DNA of 38,107 bases from positions 1 through 38,107 of the forward strand of contig JBBQIC010000002.1 of assembly GCA_038324555.1 (NCBI GenBank), read 5' to 3'. The stretch is from Chloroflexia bacterium. Its GTDB lineage: Bacteria; Chloroflexota; Chloroflexia; QHBQ01; JADMIH01. The translations under genes and the position numbers were made by a program. Positions 22,382 to 30,686 of this stretch are shown piece after piece. A model generated the notes under the pieces. That model was not told the origin of the DNA. It made no database searches and was given only the letters and a program-made list of their open reading frames with translations. Within the stretch, counting starts at the first letter, position 1, and each line of letters begins with the position of its first letter.

Positions 22382-24778
22382 TTAGGGATTGATTGACCCA
22401 CTCCCCTCCACCAACTCCCACAACCTGCTCGGACTCAACGGTATCTCCGTTATCTCGAACCCCTCTATACCCAGCGCGTTTTCCAGCGCCTGGACGAACA
22501 ACGGCCCAACAGGTATCGCCCCGGCCTCGCCTGCGCCTTTGACGCCGATGGGGTTGAGGGGAGAGGGGGTCTCCTCGTGGCCTACTTCTACGCGCGGCAC
22601 GTCGGTGGAGGTAGGCAAGAGGTAGTCCATGAAGGAGGCGTTGAGTAGTTGGCCGCCCTCGTCGTAGATTAGCTGCTCGTAGAAGGCGTTGCCGATGCCC
22701 TGGGCCACGCCGCCATGCACCTGCCCTTCGAGGATTAGAGGGTTTATCACCCTGCCGCAGTCGTGGACCACCACGTACCGCAATATCTTCACCTTGTAAG
22801 TTTCGGTGTCAACTTCGACTATCATGGCGTGCGCACCTGCTGCGGTGGCTCCCATTGGCGGGCCGAAGTAGGCGGTGGCTTCCAGGCCGGGTTCGGTTCC
22901 GGGTTGGACGGCCCCACGCAGGGGATTGGCTTTGGCTGCCAGGTCTGCCAGGCTGACGCGGGCGTTGGGCGCGCCTCGCACCTGGGCGTAGCCACCCACT
23001 AGCTCGATGTCCTGCTCAGAGACCTCCATCGCGTCGGCGGCGAGCTTTAGCGCCTTCTCGCGCACCCTTATTGCCGCCTCGTGAACGGCGGAGCCTGCCA
23101 CCGTCGCGCCTCGGCTGGCGAACGTCCCTGTGCCCCAGTTGAATTGCCCTGTGTCGCCCGTGGAGACGAGTATTTCTTCTACACGCACGCCCAACACTTC
23201 GGCTGCTATCTGCGCGAAGGTGGTGTAGTGCCCCTGTCCTTGCGTGCCCACGCCCGTGACGACAGTGACCTTGCCGCTAGGCTCGATCTGTATGCGCGCG
23301 CCTTCGTAGGGGCCGATGCCGGTGCCTTCGACGTACATGACGAGGCCGATACCCACCCGCTTGCGCGGCGACGATGGACGATGGACGATGGACGATGTGT
23401 TTTCGCTTTTGGGACTATCGTCCATCGTCCATCGTCCATCGTCCTTATGAAAGTCGTCCCACCCTATCATCTTCTTGGCTTTGTCGAGGATTGGCTCGTA
23501 GTTGCCGCTGTCGTAGGTGAGGTGGGTGAAGTCCTGGAAGATAATCTGGTTGTTGTATGGGAACTGGTCGGGCGGGATGAGGTTGCGGCGGCGCAGTTCT
23601 AGTGGGTCTATGCCCAGTTCTTTGGCGGCAAAGTCGAGTAGGCGTTCAATGACGAATACGCCGTGCTGCCGTCCCGCGCCCCTGTAGGGGGTGACGATAA
23701 TCTTGCTGGTGAACACCGCCTTGAACTCGGTGTAGTAGTTGGGGATGACGTATGGGCCAAGCAGTGTGCATTGAGTATTGAGGGGCACGGTCAGGCCGTA
23801 GGGGTCGTATGCGCCGTTGTCGTGCAGGAAAACGTCGCTTACGCCAAGGATTTTGCCGTCTCGCGTCAGGGCTATCTCCGATTGGTGGATTTGGCCGCGC
23901 TCATGGGTCATGGCTGTGAAGTTTTCGAGGCGGTCTTCGATCCACTTGACGGGACGACCCAGGCGCATCGCCGCCCAGGGCACAAGCGTCTCCTCTGGAT
24001 AGAACATCATGATCTTCGGCCCGAAGCCTCCACCCACAAACGGCGCTATCACGCGCACCTGCCGCTCCGATAGGTCGAGCATGGCGGCAAGACCGTTGCG
24101 GATCGGGATGGGGGCCTGCGTTGAGTCCCACACGGTGAGGTGGTGGGCCAGGTGATCGAATTGCGCCACCACGCCCCGTGTCTCCATGGGCGCTGCTGTG
24201 CCCCGGTCGTAGAGGAGGCGGCGCGAAATCACCAGGTCGGCGTGGGCGCGGGCGGAGTCGTAATTGCCCTTGGTCTGGATGACGTGGGCGGCCATATTGG
24301 AGCCTACGTCTTCGTGTACCAGAGTGGCGCTCTCTTCCAGGGCGGCTTCGAGGTCCACTATAGCGGGAAGCGGCTCGTAATCAACCATGATGGCATCGGC
24401 GGCGTCCTCGGCCAGGTAGCGGTTCTCGGCGATGACCATGACTACAGGTTCGCCAACGTAGCGCACCTTGTCCTTGGCAAGCTGCCCGGCGGTGCGCTGG
24501 TTGAAGACGATATGCTGGGTGGGTGGAGGTGGAACAAGTAACGGCGATGGCTGCCAGTAGTCGCCCAGGTCCTTTGCGATATAGACCGCGATTACGCCCG
24601 GCATAGCTTTCGCGGCCTCAACGTCTATACCCAGTATCAGGGCATGGGCGTAGTCGCTGCGCTTGAAAGCTACGTGCGCCATATGGGGCAAATGAACATC
24701 ATCTACGAACTGAGCGCGGCCCATCAGCAATCGTGGGTCTTCGTTTCGCTTGACGCGAGCGCCGAACATTCCGGTCAT
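22382..24778 (-). CDS. molybdopterin-dependent hydroxylase large subunit (form-II CoxL-like, xanthine dehydrogenase family) carrying an in-frame repeat insertion
   Basis: ORF track, 798 aa. The N-terminus RVKRNEDPRLLMGRAQFVDD is typical. The active-site loop PYRGAGR is the form-II type, not the form-I AYRCSFR. Confidence 0.9.
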   Translation of the reverse strand: MTGMFGARVKRNEDPRLLMGRAQFVDDVHLPHMAHVAFKRSDYAHALILGIDVEAAKAMPGVIAVYIAKDLGDYWQPSPLLVPPPPTQHIVFNQRTAGQLAKDKVRYVGEPVVMVIAENRYLAEDAADAIMVDYEPLPAIVDLEAALEESATLVHEDVGSNMAAHVIQTKGNYDSARAHADLVISRRLLYDRGTAAPMETRGVVAQFDHLAHHLTVWDSTQAPIPIRNGLAAMLDLSERQVRVIAPFVGGGFGPKIMMFYPEETLVPWAAMRLGRPVKWIEDRLENFTAMTHERGQIHQSEIALTRDGKILGVSDVFLHDNGAYDPYGLTVPLNTQCTLLGPYVIPNYYTEFKAVFTSKIIVTPYRGAGRQHGVFVIERLLDFAAKELGIDPLELRRRNLIPPDQFPYNNQIIFQDFTHLTYDSGNYEPILDKAKKMIGWDDFHKDDGRWTMDDSPKSENTSSIVHRPSSPRKRVGIGLVMYVEGTGIGPYEGARIQIEPSGKVTVVTGVGTQGQGHYTTFAQIAAEVLGVRVEEILVSTGDTGQFNWGTGTFASRGATVAGSAVHEAAIRVREKALKLAADAMEVSEQDIELVGGYAQVRGAPNARVSLADLAAKANPLRGAVQPGTEPGLEATAYFGPPMGATAAGAHAMIVEVDTETYKVKILRYVVVHDCGRVINPLILEGQVHGGVAQGIGNAFYEQLIYDEGGQLLNASFMDYLLPTSTDVPRVEVGHEETPSPLNPIGVKGAGEAGAIPVGPLFVQALENALGIEGFEITEIPLSPSRLWELVEGSGSINP
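23370..23444. repeat. heptamer hairpin GACGAT(GGACGAT)3, 20-nt loop, (ATCGTCC)4 inside the CoxL-like CDS
   Basis: Read directly. Translated from the minus strand as DDGRWTMDDSPKSENTSSIVHRPSS. Confidence 0.9.
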
Positions 24779-24798
24779 GGTATGTCTCCCTTCGGGAA

Positions 24799-24862
24799 GG
24801 GTGAGGGAATAGGATTTAAGAACTACTCCCTCACCCTACTCCCTCACCCTACTCCCTCACCC
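24799..24862. repeat. 13-mer repeat element: one inverted copy (gggtgagggaata) plus three tandem direct copies of tactccctcaccc
   Basis: Read directly. Tandem copies are at 24824-24836, 24837-24849 and 24850-24862. It lies in the 90-nt spacer between the CoxS-like stop and the CoxL-like start. Confidence 0.85.
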
Positions 24863-24868
24863 TATTTC

Positions 24869-25372
24869 CTACAATACTCCCCCCACCTCCGTGCTCTCCT
24901 GCCCCCGCATCTTTTCTGAGGCCAGCTTCACCGCGTCAACGATGTTCTGGTATCCGGTGCATCGGCAAAGGTTGCCGGAGATGGCCTGGCGTATCTCTTC
25001 CTCTGTGGGGTCGAGGTTTTCTTTGAGGAAGGGCAGGATCGTCATCAGGAAGCCTGGGGTGCAGAAGCCGCATTGCAGACCGTGGGCTTCCCAGAATGCT
25101 TGTTGGAGCGGATGCAGGTTGGCGGGATCGTTGGACAGCCCCTCCACGGTCATGATTTCGTGCTCGTTGGCCTGGACCGCGAACGTCAGGCAGGAGCGCA
25201 CGGGCACACCGTCGAGCAGTATCGTACAAGCCCCGCACACGCCGTGCTCGCAGCCTACGTGCGTGCCCGTCAACTCTAGCTCGTGGCGCAGGAAGTCGCT
25301 GAGGAGCAGGCGAGGCTCCACGGTGCGGGTGTGGGTCTTGTTGTTGACGATTAGGGTGATTTCATGTTGCAT
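24869..25372 (-). CDS. (2Fe-2S)-binding small subunit of the molybdenum hydroxylase (CoxS-like)
   Basis: ORF track, 167 aa. Cys clusters CEHGVCGACTILLDG and CGFCTPG ... CRCTGY. Confidence 0.9.
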   Translation of the reverse strand: MQHEITLIVNNKTHTRTVEPRLLLSDFLRHELELTGTHVGCEHGVCGACTILLDGVPVRSCLTFAVQANEHEIMTVEGLSNDPANLHPLQQAFWEAHGLQCGFCTPGFLMTILPFLKENLDPTEEEIRQAISGNLCRCTGYQNIVDAVKLASEKMRGQESTEVGGVL

Positions 25373-25495
25373 AGAGTTTCTCCTCGCAGATGGACGAACC
25401 GCAAAGACGCAAAGAGCGCAAAGTTACGCAAAGAACAATCAAATGATCATACCTAGACTTGTCGCCTGTTGTACAGTCTATGTTGAGGCTCAGTC

Positions 25496-25900
25496 TTACT
25501 TCTTACCTCGACGAAACAGGCTTTTGAGTGCGCCGGTACATGAACTGCGTTGGCTGTAATCAAAGTTTACCAGTAATTTTTGGTCCGTAATTTCCGTATC
25601 TGCAATGAGGTGGTCGGCTATGTGCCTGGCGTACTCCGGCCACTCATCCTTACGCAGGTTGTAGGGACTCATAAAGTTGTGATCACGCGCATAAATCCAC
25701 TCATCGTAGAAGTTCCACGCGATACCAAGCTGATGGGAGGCTCGGGGCCACAGATAATCAATCTCTTCATAATCCTCTCCCAGGAGTTGCAGTTCGCCTT
25801 TCTCATGCAAATTGGCGTCTCTTCTCAGAACTTCGACCATTAGTTGCTTGCTGGCTTCAACTATATTGTCTTTGAGTTCCTGAATTCTTTCTTCACTCAC
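25496..25900 (-). CDS. hypothetical protein (acidic, no recognised domain)
   Basis: ORF track, 134 aa. Clean ORF, AT-richer than its neighbours. Confidence 0.6.
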   Translation of the reverse strand: MSEERIQELKDNIVEASKQLMVEVLRRDANLHEKGELQLLGEDYEEIDYLWPRASHQLGIAWNFYDEWIYARDHNFMSPYNLRKDEWPEYARHIADHLIADTEITDQKLLVNFDYSQRSSCTGALKSLFRRGKK

Positions 25901-25955
25901 TTATCAATCTCATCTTCTTAGTGAATTGGGGAAACTACGATTACGAACTCAAAAC

Positions 25956-27197
25956 TCACGACGCTTTTTCCGTTTTGGGTTGTATCCCCATCTGCGTGTT
26001 GCGGATGTCGGCGTTTAGAACAACTACCACCGCCAGGAAAACAAGCCACGCTGAGAAGGCCAGCACTGCCGGTCCGGCCCCGAACTGGCTGACCAGGAAG
26101 CCGCCAAGCAGCGCGCCTATGGGTTGGAAGCCATATATTATCAGGCGATAAGTGCTGTTTACCCGACCTTGCATCTGGTCGGGTATGAGTGGCAGGCGGT
26201 AGGCCAATTGGGTCACGGTGAACACTGGAGCCGTAATGTATGCCAGGGCGGTGATGGCTCCGAGCGCGATTATGTTGGGTGCGATAGCGTACAAGGGAAA
26301 CAGCAGCGCCATGAGCCACACGCAGCCTATAGTTATTTGCCTGTAGGCGAACCGCTTCTGCACCCGCCCTGCGAAGGTCGCGCCTATTATCGCCCCTATC
26401 GAGCCGATGCTGAATATGAAGCCTATCTCCGCTTTGCTCACGTTCATGCCAAGCGCCAGCCCGATAATAAATATCTCGGACGCAGTGAACACTACGTTGA
26501 CCGCGCCCGTAAGAAAAGCTACGAAACGGATGAGCGAGTGGCTCCAAAGCCAGGCCAACCCCTCCTTTATCTCGATGAGGAGGTGGCGGTTGGCGGCGGG
26601 GGCGCGTTCCTCCTGGAAGGGGGTCTTGATGAAGAAAAGTGAGAACACCGACAGCGCGTATGAAATCGAGTCTATCAGGAATGGCACGGTTCGTCCCAGG
26701 AACTGGTAAACAATGGTGCCCAGCCCCGGCCCTGCGAACTCGGCTATGGCGGTGGTAGCTTGGTTCTGCGCTCCCGCGTCGGGCAGTTGCTCCTTGGACA
26801 CTACCCTGGGCAGGGCGGCCACCTGCGCTACGTTGAAGAAGACCGAGAGTGTGCCTTCGATGAGGGCTACCAGATACAGTTGCCAGATGCTAGGACCGCC
26901 CAGGGCCATCGAGAGCGGCACAGTGGCGAAGGCCAGGCTCCGGAGCGTGTCGCACCACATCATCACGCGCTTGCGGTCCCACCTGTCTATCAGCGCGCCC
27001 GCCGGGAGGCTGAACAACACCAGGGGAAGCCTGTAGCAGGCGACCAGTATGCCTGCTGGCAGCAGAGACCCCGTGATGTCGTACGCCAGCAGGGGAAAGA
27101 TTATCTCCGAGAATCTGCTCCCCAGCACGGACACCACCTGCCCGCTCCACAGGAGCATGTAGTCGCGGTTGTGCCAGAGTGAAGGTTTGTTGTTCAT
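25956..27197 (-). CDS. MFS transporter (DHA3/EntS-like)
   Basis: ORF track, 413 aa, about 12 hydrophobic segments. The N-terminus NRDYMLLWSGQVVSVLGSRFSEIIFPLLAY and the motif LPAGALIDRWDRKR are typical. Confidence 0.85.
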   Translation of the reverse strand: MNNKPSLWHNRDYMLLWSGQVVSVLGSRFSEIIFPLLAYDITGSLLPAGILVACYRLPLVLFSLPAGALIDRWDRKRVMMWCDTLRSLAFATVPLSMALGGPSIWQLYLVALIEGTLSVFFNVAQVAALPRVVSKEQLPDAGAQNQATTAIAEFAGPGLGTIVYQFLGRTVPFLIDSISYALSVFSLFFIKTPFQEERAPAANRHLLIEIKEGLAWLWSHSLIRFVAFLTGAVNVVFTASEIFIIGLALGMNVSKAEIGFIFSIGSIGAIIGATFAGRVQKRFAYRQITIGCVWLMALLFPLYAIAPNIIALGAITALAYITAPVFTVTQLAYRLPLIPDQMQGRVNSTYRLIIYGFQPIGALLGGFLVSQFGAGPAVLAFSAWLVFLAVVVVLNADIRNTQMGIQPKTEKAS

Positions 27198-27288
27198 TAC
27201 AGTATATACAGTATACCTTGTGTAATTGACAATGGATAATAGACGATGAGCAGCCTGTGGATTAGTCCATGTAACGCTCCTAATAATG

Positions 27289-29406
27289 TTACTTTTCGGG
27301 TTGTGTACTGTTGATAATAGGTGGTAGATCGAAATGAAAGACCCACGGTCCTGACGAACTCGATGCCATACCCCCGAAGGCGCTTATCCATGTGTCCACG
27401 GTCAAAGTCCAATCACCTTGCTTATCTATGAGCGAAGTTTGAGGATAGCGATATGAGCAACGCCCATTGCTCGGCCAGCTTTCCACAACTCCTGATAAAT
27501 CGGTTAGTGTACTCGTCCAGGTACCTATTTGCAACTTCCCAAGTAGCTGACTACACCTTAAGATATGAGTATCTGATTCCGGGTACCGCCAAATAATACG
27601 AGTTTCTGAGGTGGTCACGATCACCCGTTCAATTGTCATTATCCATCCTGACGCATCAACGGTCTGATTTACCTCGGCTACGCGGCGGGTAAGGTCTACC
27701 GGCATCGAAAAGTCGAAAGTGAACGGCCCTGGCATGGGCGTCGCAGGCTTTGCTGAGTGGGTCGGCAAAGCGAATGGGCTTGGCAGCGTGGCAGGCTCCG
27801 ATGCACCAGAAGGCAAATTGAAAGAAGGCGAATTGTACACATTCAGGTCAACAACCAAGTGCAACTTCACTTCAGGTGACAGTGCCTTTAGCGGGTTGGC
27901 ATCAAATGTCGCTTCTATAGCGCCGGAGGGCGGATTGCCTGATGCAACCTGAGGATAACCAACATCAATCAAGGGCAACTCTCGTCCACCCGTAGCCGAC
28001 AATCGAGGCCCCGTAACAGTATAGTCATCGTTGCGCTGTGCGCCGAAGCTATGCAAAGACTCTCCACGCGGGCTGTTCACAATATAGTACAGGGTAATGC
28101 GATTAGTGTCCGCAGCTATTGGATAGAGGGCAACCGTATAGCCGCTTATCGTTTGGTGCAAAGGAATAAGACTCGTCGGAAAGATTGGGCGAAATGGAGG
28201 TACCAACGTTGAGGTAGGTGTTGGGCTGGGCGGTAGAGATGCTAGTGGAGGAGGGCTGCCGACAGGGTTGGGCTTTCCCGCAGGGAAAGCGCCTCCTTGC
28301 ATAAACAGTGGATAAGGCCCCGCATCAGATTGCGACCGAGTAGGTAAGGGTATAGGCGTGGGTATTCCTGGCGTTGGTGTCGGTTGAGGTGGCGCGCCCA
28401 ACGGTGGAACCGTAAAATGGAATACCGGGCCTGGCTGTGGAGGATAATATGCATTACCCCAGGAGGGATACCACGTAGATATGGTCCATTCGCCTTGCTC
28501 ATCAATAAGAGCGGCATCTATGAGACCCTCCCAATCTACTTGCCTGCCCGATTCGGATGAGGGCGTTGATGACACTGCCCCAACTTCCAATCTTGAAGAG
28601 CACCCGCATCCGGCCACACTCTTGTTTGAGTCGGCGCGTCGCCAAAATATACGGGCCTCTCTGCGTGCAACGACCACCTTGTCAATGGTGATCGTTCCAC
28701 CATACGTAGCAGCTATTTGGTGTACTTCTGCAATGCGACGTGCAAGGTCGACTGGCAACAAGAAATTGAACATGAAAGGCCCTCTAATCCCTAGCGCCTT
28801 GTAATCGTTAGGCTCCTTGGGCACTGCGACATCAAGGGCCAGATGCAGATCGAGGGTTTCAGGCAAAACGGATAGTGCGGCGCTATCAAAAACAAGTACG
28901 GAGCCACCAAGACTTTCATCGAGTTCTTTTGAAGGGTAAAGCATGGGAAACGTTCTTCCTTGTGCGTCGCTGAGGCGTGGTTGGGGAACTTCACGCAGAT
29001 TGCCCATAATGTCCGACAAGGGGAATGGGGGTACTGCACGAACGTCATTCTGTGAGTTCTCTACCGTATAAGTAAGTACGATCCGGTTGGCGTCGGCATA
29101 TACGGGGTACAATGTAACTGTATACCCATTCACTGTCTGGCTGAGAGGCTTTGCCGGAGCAGATGTAGAATAGTTGCGAGGGTTTAGGATTGCGCTTGTA
29201 GAAGCATTTCGCTGCCTGCCTATTGCGTTGGCATTAGACACAACGTTGTTACCGATTGTTTTGGACGTGCGGGCACTTTGCTCTTTGCCCGATATTGGCG
29301 CGGGATTGGGAGAGTTCATCGGCCAGGTCTGCGCAAATACTCCCATCCCTGTTAATACTAGTAGCGCGAGAACTCTATGAATAACCCTAAGTCTCTTATT
29401 ATTCAT
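27289..29406 (-). CDS. secreted protein made of two tandem ~270-aa modules (DUF4179/DUF5643-like; assignment tentative)
   Basis: ORF track 27289..29487. I prefer ATG at 29406 (aggagag upstream), giving MNNKRLRVIHRVLALLVLTGMGVFA (signal). Internal duplication: TVNGYTVTLYPVYADANRIVLTYTV...GPFMFNFLLPVDLARRIAEV versus TISGYTVALYPIAADTNRITLYYIV...GPFTFDFSMPVDLTRRVAEV. Confidence 0.75.
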   Translation of the reverse strand: MNNKRLRVIHRVLALLVLTGMGVFAQTWPMNSPNPAPISGKEQSARTSKTIGNNVVSNANAIGRQRNASTSAILNPRNYSTSAPAKPLSQTVNGYTVTLYPVYADANRIVLTYTVENSQNDVRAVPPFPLSDIMGNLREVPQPRLSDAQGRTFPMLYPSKELDESLGGSVLVFDSAALSVLPETLDLHLALDVAVPKEPNDYKALGIRGPFMFNFLLPVDLARRIAEVHQIAATYGGTITIDKVVVARREARIFWRRADSNKSVAGCGCSSRLEVGAVSSTPSSESGRQVDWEGLIDAALIDEQGEWTISTWYPSWGNAYYPPQPGPVFHFTVPPLGAPPQPTPTPGIPTPIPLPTRSQSDAGPYPLFMQGGAFPAGKPNPVGSPPPLASLPPSPTPTSTLVPPFRPIFPTSLIPLHQTISGYTVALYPIAADTNRITLYYIVNSPRGESLHSFGAQRNDDYTVTGPRLSATGGRELPLIDVGYPQVASGNPPSGAIEATFDANPLKALSPEVKLHLVVDLNVYNSPSFNLPSGASEPATLPSPFALPTHSAKPATPMPGPFTFDFSMPVDLTRRVAEVNQTVDASGWIMTIERVIVTTSETRIIWRYPESDTHILRCSQLLGKLQIGTWTSTLTDLSGVVESWPSNGRCSYRYPQTSLIDKQGDWTLTVDTWISAFGGMASSSSGPWVFHFDLPPIINSTQPEK

Positions 29407-29413
29407 CACTCTC

Positions 29414-29629
29414 CTACTTGCATTGCGCACCTGATTGAGCAACTTGATATTCGATGCTGCTTGGTTCGGTGACACGCCTGGACGCATCCAGGATTTCTAA
29501 CCCCACCAAATTCCCGGCGCCATCGTAGTCTAGAATCACACCGGGCTTATCTTCGTCGCTTTCAGCAACGAGTGTATCATTGAAGATTACCGTCAACGTG
29601 TCGGTATCGGGCTTGTAAATAATCTTCAT
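29414..29629 (-). CDS. DUF2283 (YuzE-like) small protein
   Basis: ORF track, 71 aa. The pattern MKIIYKPDTDTLTVIF...GVILDYDGAGNLVGLEILDAS matches the DUF2283 consensus as I remember it. Confidence 0.7.
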   Translation of the reverse strand: MKIIYKPDTDTLTVIFNDTLVAESDEDKPGVILDYDGAGNLVGLEILDASRRVTEPSSIEYQVAQSGAQCK

Positions 29630-29636
29630 TGCATTT

Positions 29637-30506
29637 CTAATGTGCCTTCTCTACCGCTCGCGCCAACGTCCTGCGCGCCAACACCTTCACCAAATGCCTG
29701 CGATAAGCAGCTGTCGCGTGTATATCGGATGGCGGGTCAATCTCACTATCAATGGCTTCTGAGGCAGCGCGGATAACATCCTCGGTGGGCTGCGTGCCGC
29801 GTAATACGTCGCTGGCAGCAAGAACTTGGACAGGGCCGTCGCCGATAGAGAAGAAGACCAGCTTGCTTTCAGCAACCGTACCATCGGGCGCGAGCGTGAC
29901 GACCGCCGCCGCGCCTGCGAGGGCGTAATCACCGTGGCGGCGGGCTACCTCCTCGAAGGCCGTGCCGGTTCGCTCAGGTATGGGCGGGATGATTACTTCC
30001 GCCAGTATCTCCTCCGGCTCAAGCGCGGTAGTGAATATGCCCAGGAAGAACTCGGAGGCGGGGATGAGGCGCTGGCCCTGGCTGCTTTGCGCCTGCATCT
30101 GCGCGTCCAGCGCCAGCATTAGCGAGGGCAGTTCCGCCGCAGGATCGGCGTGGGCCAGGGAGCCGCCTATTGTGCCTCGATTGCGAATCTGAGGGTGGGC
30201 TATGTCGGGCATCGCCTCGGTGATAAGGGGAGCGCGGCTCGCGACGAGCGTGCTGCGCTCTACTGTGCGGTGTCGGGTCATAGCGCGTATACGCAGCCCG
30301 CCCTCTCCATCGGCATGGACGCCGAACAGGTCGGGAATACCGTTCAAGTCTACCAGTATAGAAGGCTGGGCAAGTCGAAAGTTCATGCTGGGCACAAGGC
30401 TCTGTCCGCCTGCCAGCAGCTTAGCCTCGTCCCCGTACTCGGCAAGCAAGCTTAGAGCTTCGTCCCGTGTCACCGGAGCGTAATATTCAAAAAGAGACGG
30501 TTTCAT
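29637..30506 (-). CDS. FAD-binding medium subunit of the molybdenum hydroxylase (CoxM-like)
   Basis: ORF track, 289 aa. Motifs LLAGGQSLVPSMNFR and RNRGTIGGSLAHADPAAELP are typical of the FAD_binding_5/CO_deh_flav_C family. Confidence 0.9.
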   Translation of the reverse strand: MKPSLFEYYAPVTRDEALSLLAEYGDEAKLLAGGQSLVPSMNFRLAQPSILVDLNGIPDLFGVHADGEGGLRIRAMTRHRTVERSTLVASRAPLITEAMPDIAHPQIRNRGTIGGSLAHADPAAELPSLMLALDAQMQAQSSQGQRLIPASEFFLGIFTTALEPEEILAEVIIPPIPERTGTAFEEVARRHGDYALAGAAAVVTLAPDGTVAESKLVFFSIGDGPVQVLAASDVLRGTQPTEDVIRAASEAIDSEIDPPSDIHATAAYRRHLVKVLARRTLARAVEKAH

Positions 30507-30523
30507 ACATAATCCAAATTAAG

Positions 30524-30686
30524 AGAAACCGCGAAGACGCAAAAACGCTAAGTTTACCTTAAGAATATTGCACCGCAGAGGCGCAGAGAACGCAGAGGAC
30601 CAATAATAAAGGTCCTCTGCGTTCTCTGCGCCTCTGCGGTGAATAAACATAGCAATTCTTTGCGTCTTTGCGTCTTCGCGGTTTCT
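30524..30686. repeat. nested double hairpin: 20-bp perfect outer stem enclosing a 31-bp perfect inner stem
   Basis: Outer arms agaaaccgcgaagacgcaaa (30524-30543) and tttgcgtcttcgcggtttct (30667-30686). Inner arms at 30571-30601 and 30611-30641 have a CGCAGAG core repeated three times per arm, with loop aataataaa. Confidence 0.9.

Noticed and set aside
24799-24862. Possibility that the 13-mer or heptamer arrays are CRISPR arrays.
   Set aside because: The units are 7-13 nt and directly abutting, with no unique spacers, and no cas genes are present. They are tandem or inverted micro-repeats.
24891-25559. 222-aa + strand ORF opposite the CoxS-like gene.
   Set aside because: The minus-strand frame has both 2Fe-2S Cys clusters. 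The + frame is a Ser/Arg-rich shadow that also runs through the repeat region.
26914-26929. The sequence GGCACAGTGGCGAAGG inside the MFS gene resembles the 5' end of the tRNA-Cys-like sequence.
   Set aside because: It is a short match with an indel inside a well-supported transporter ORF, with no surrounding tRNA structure. I treat it as coincidence.
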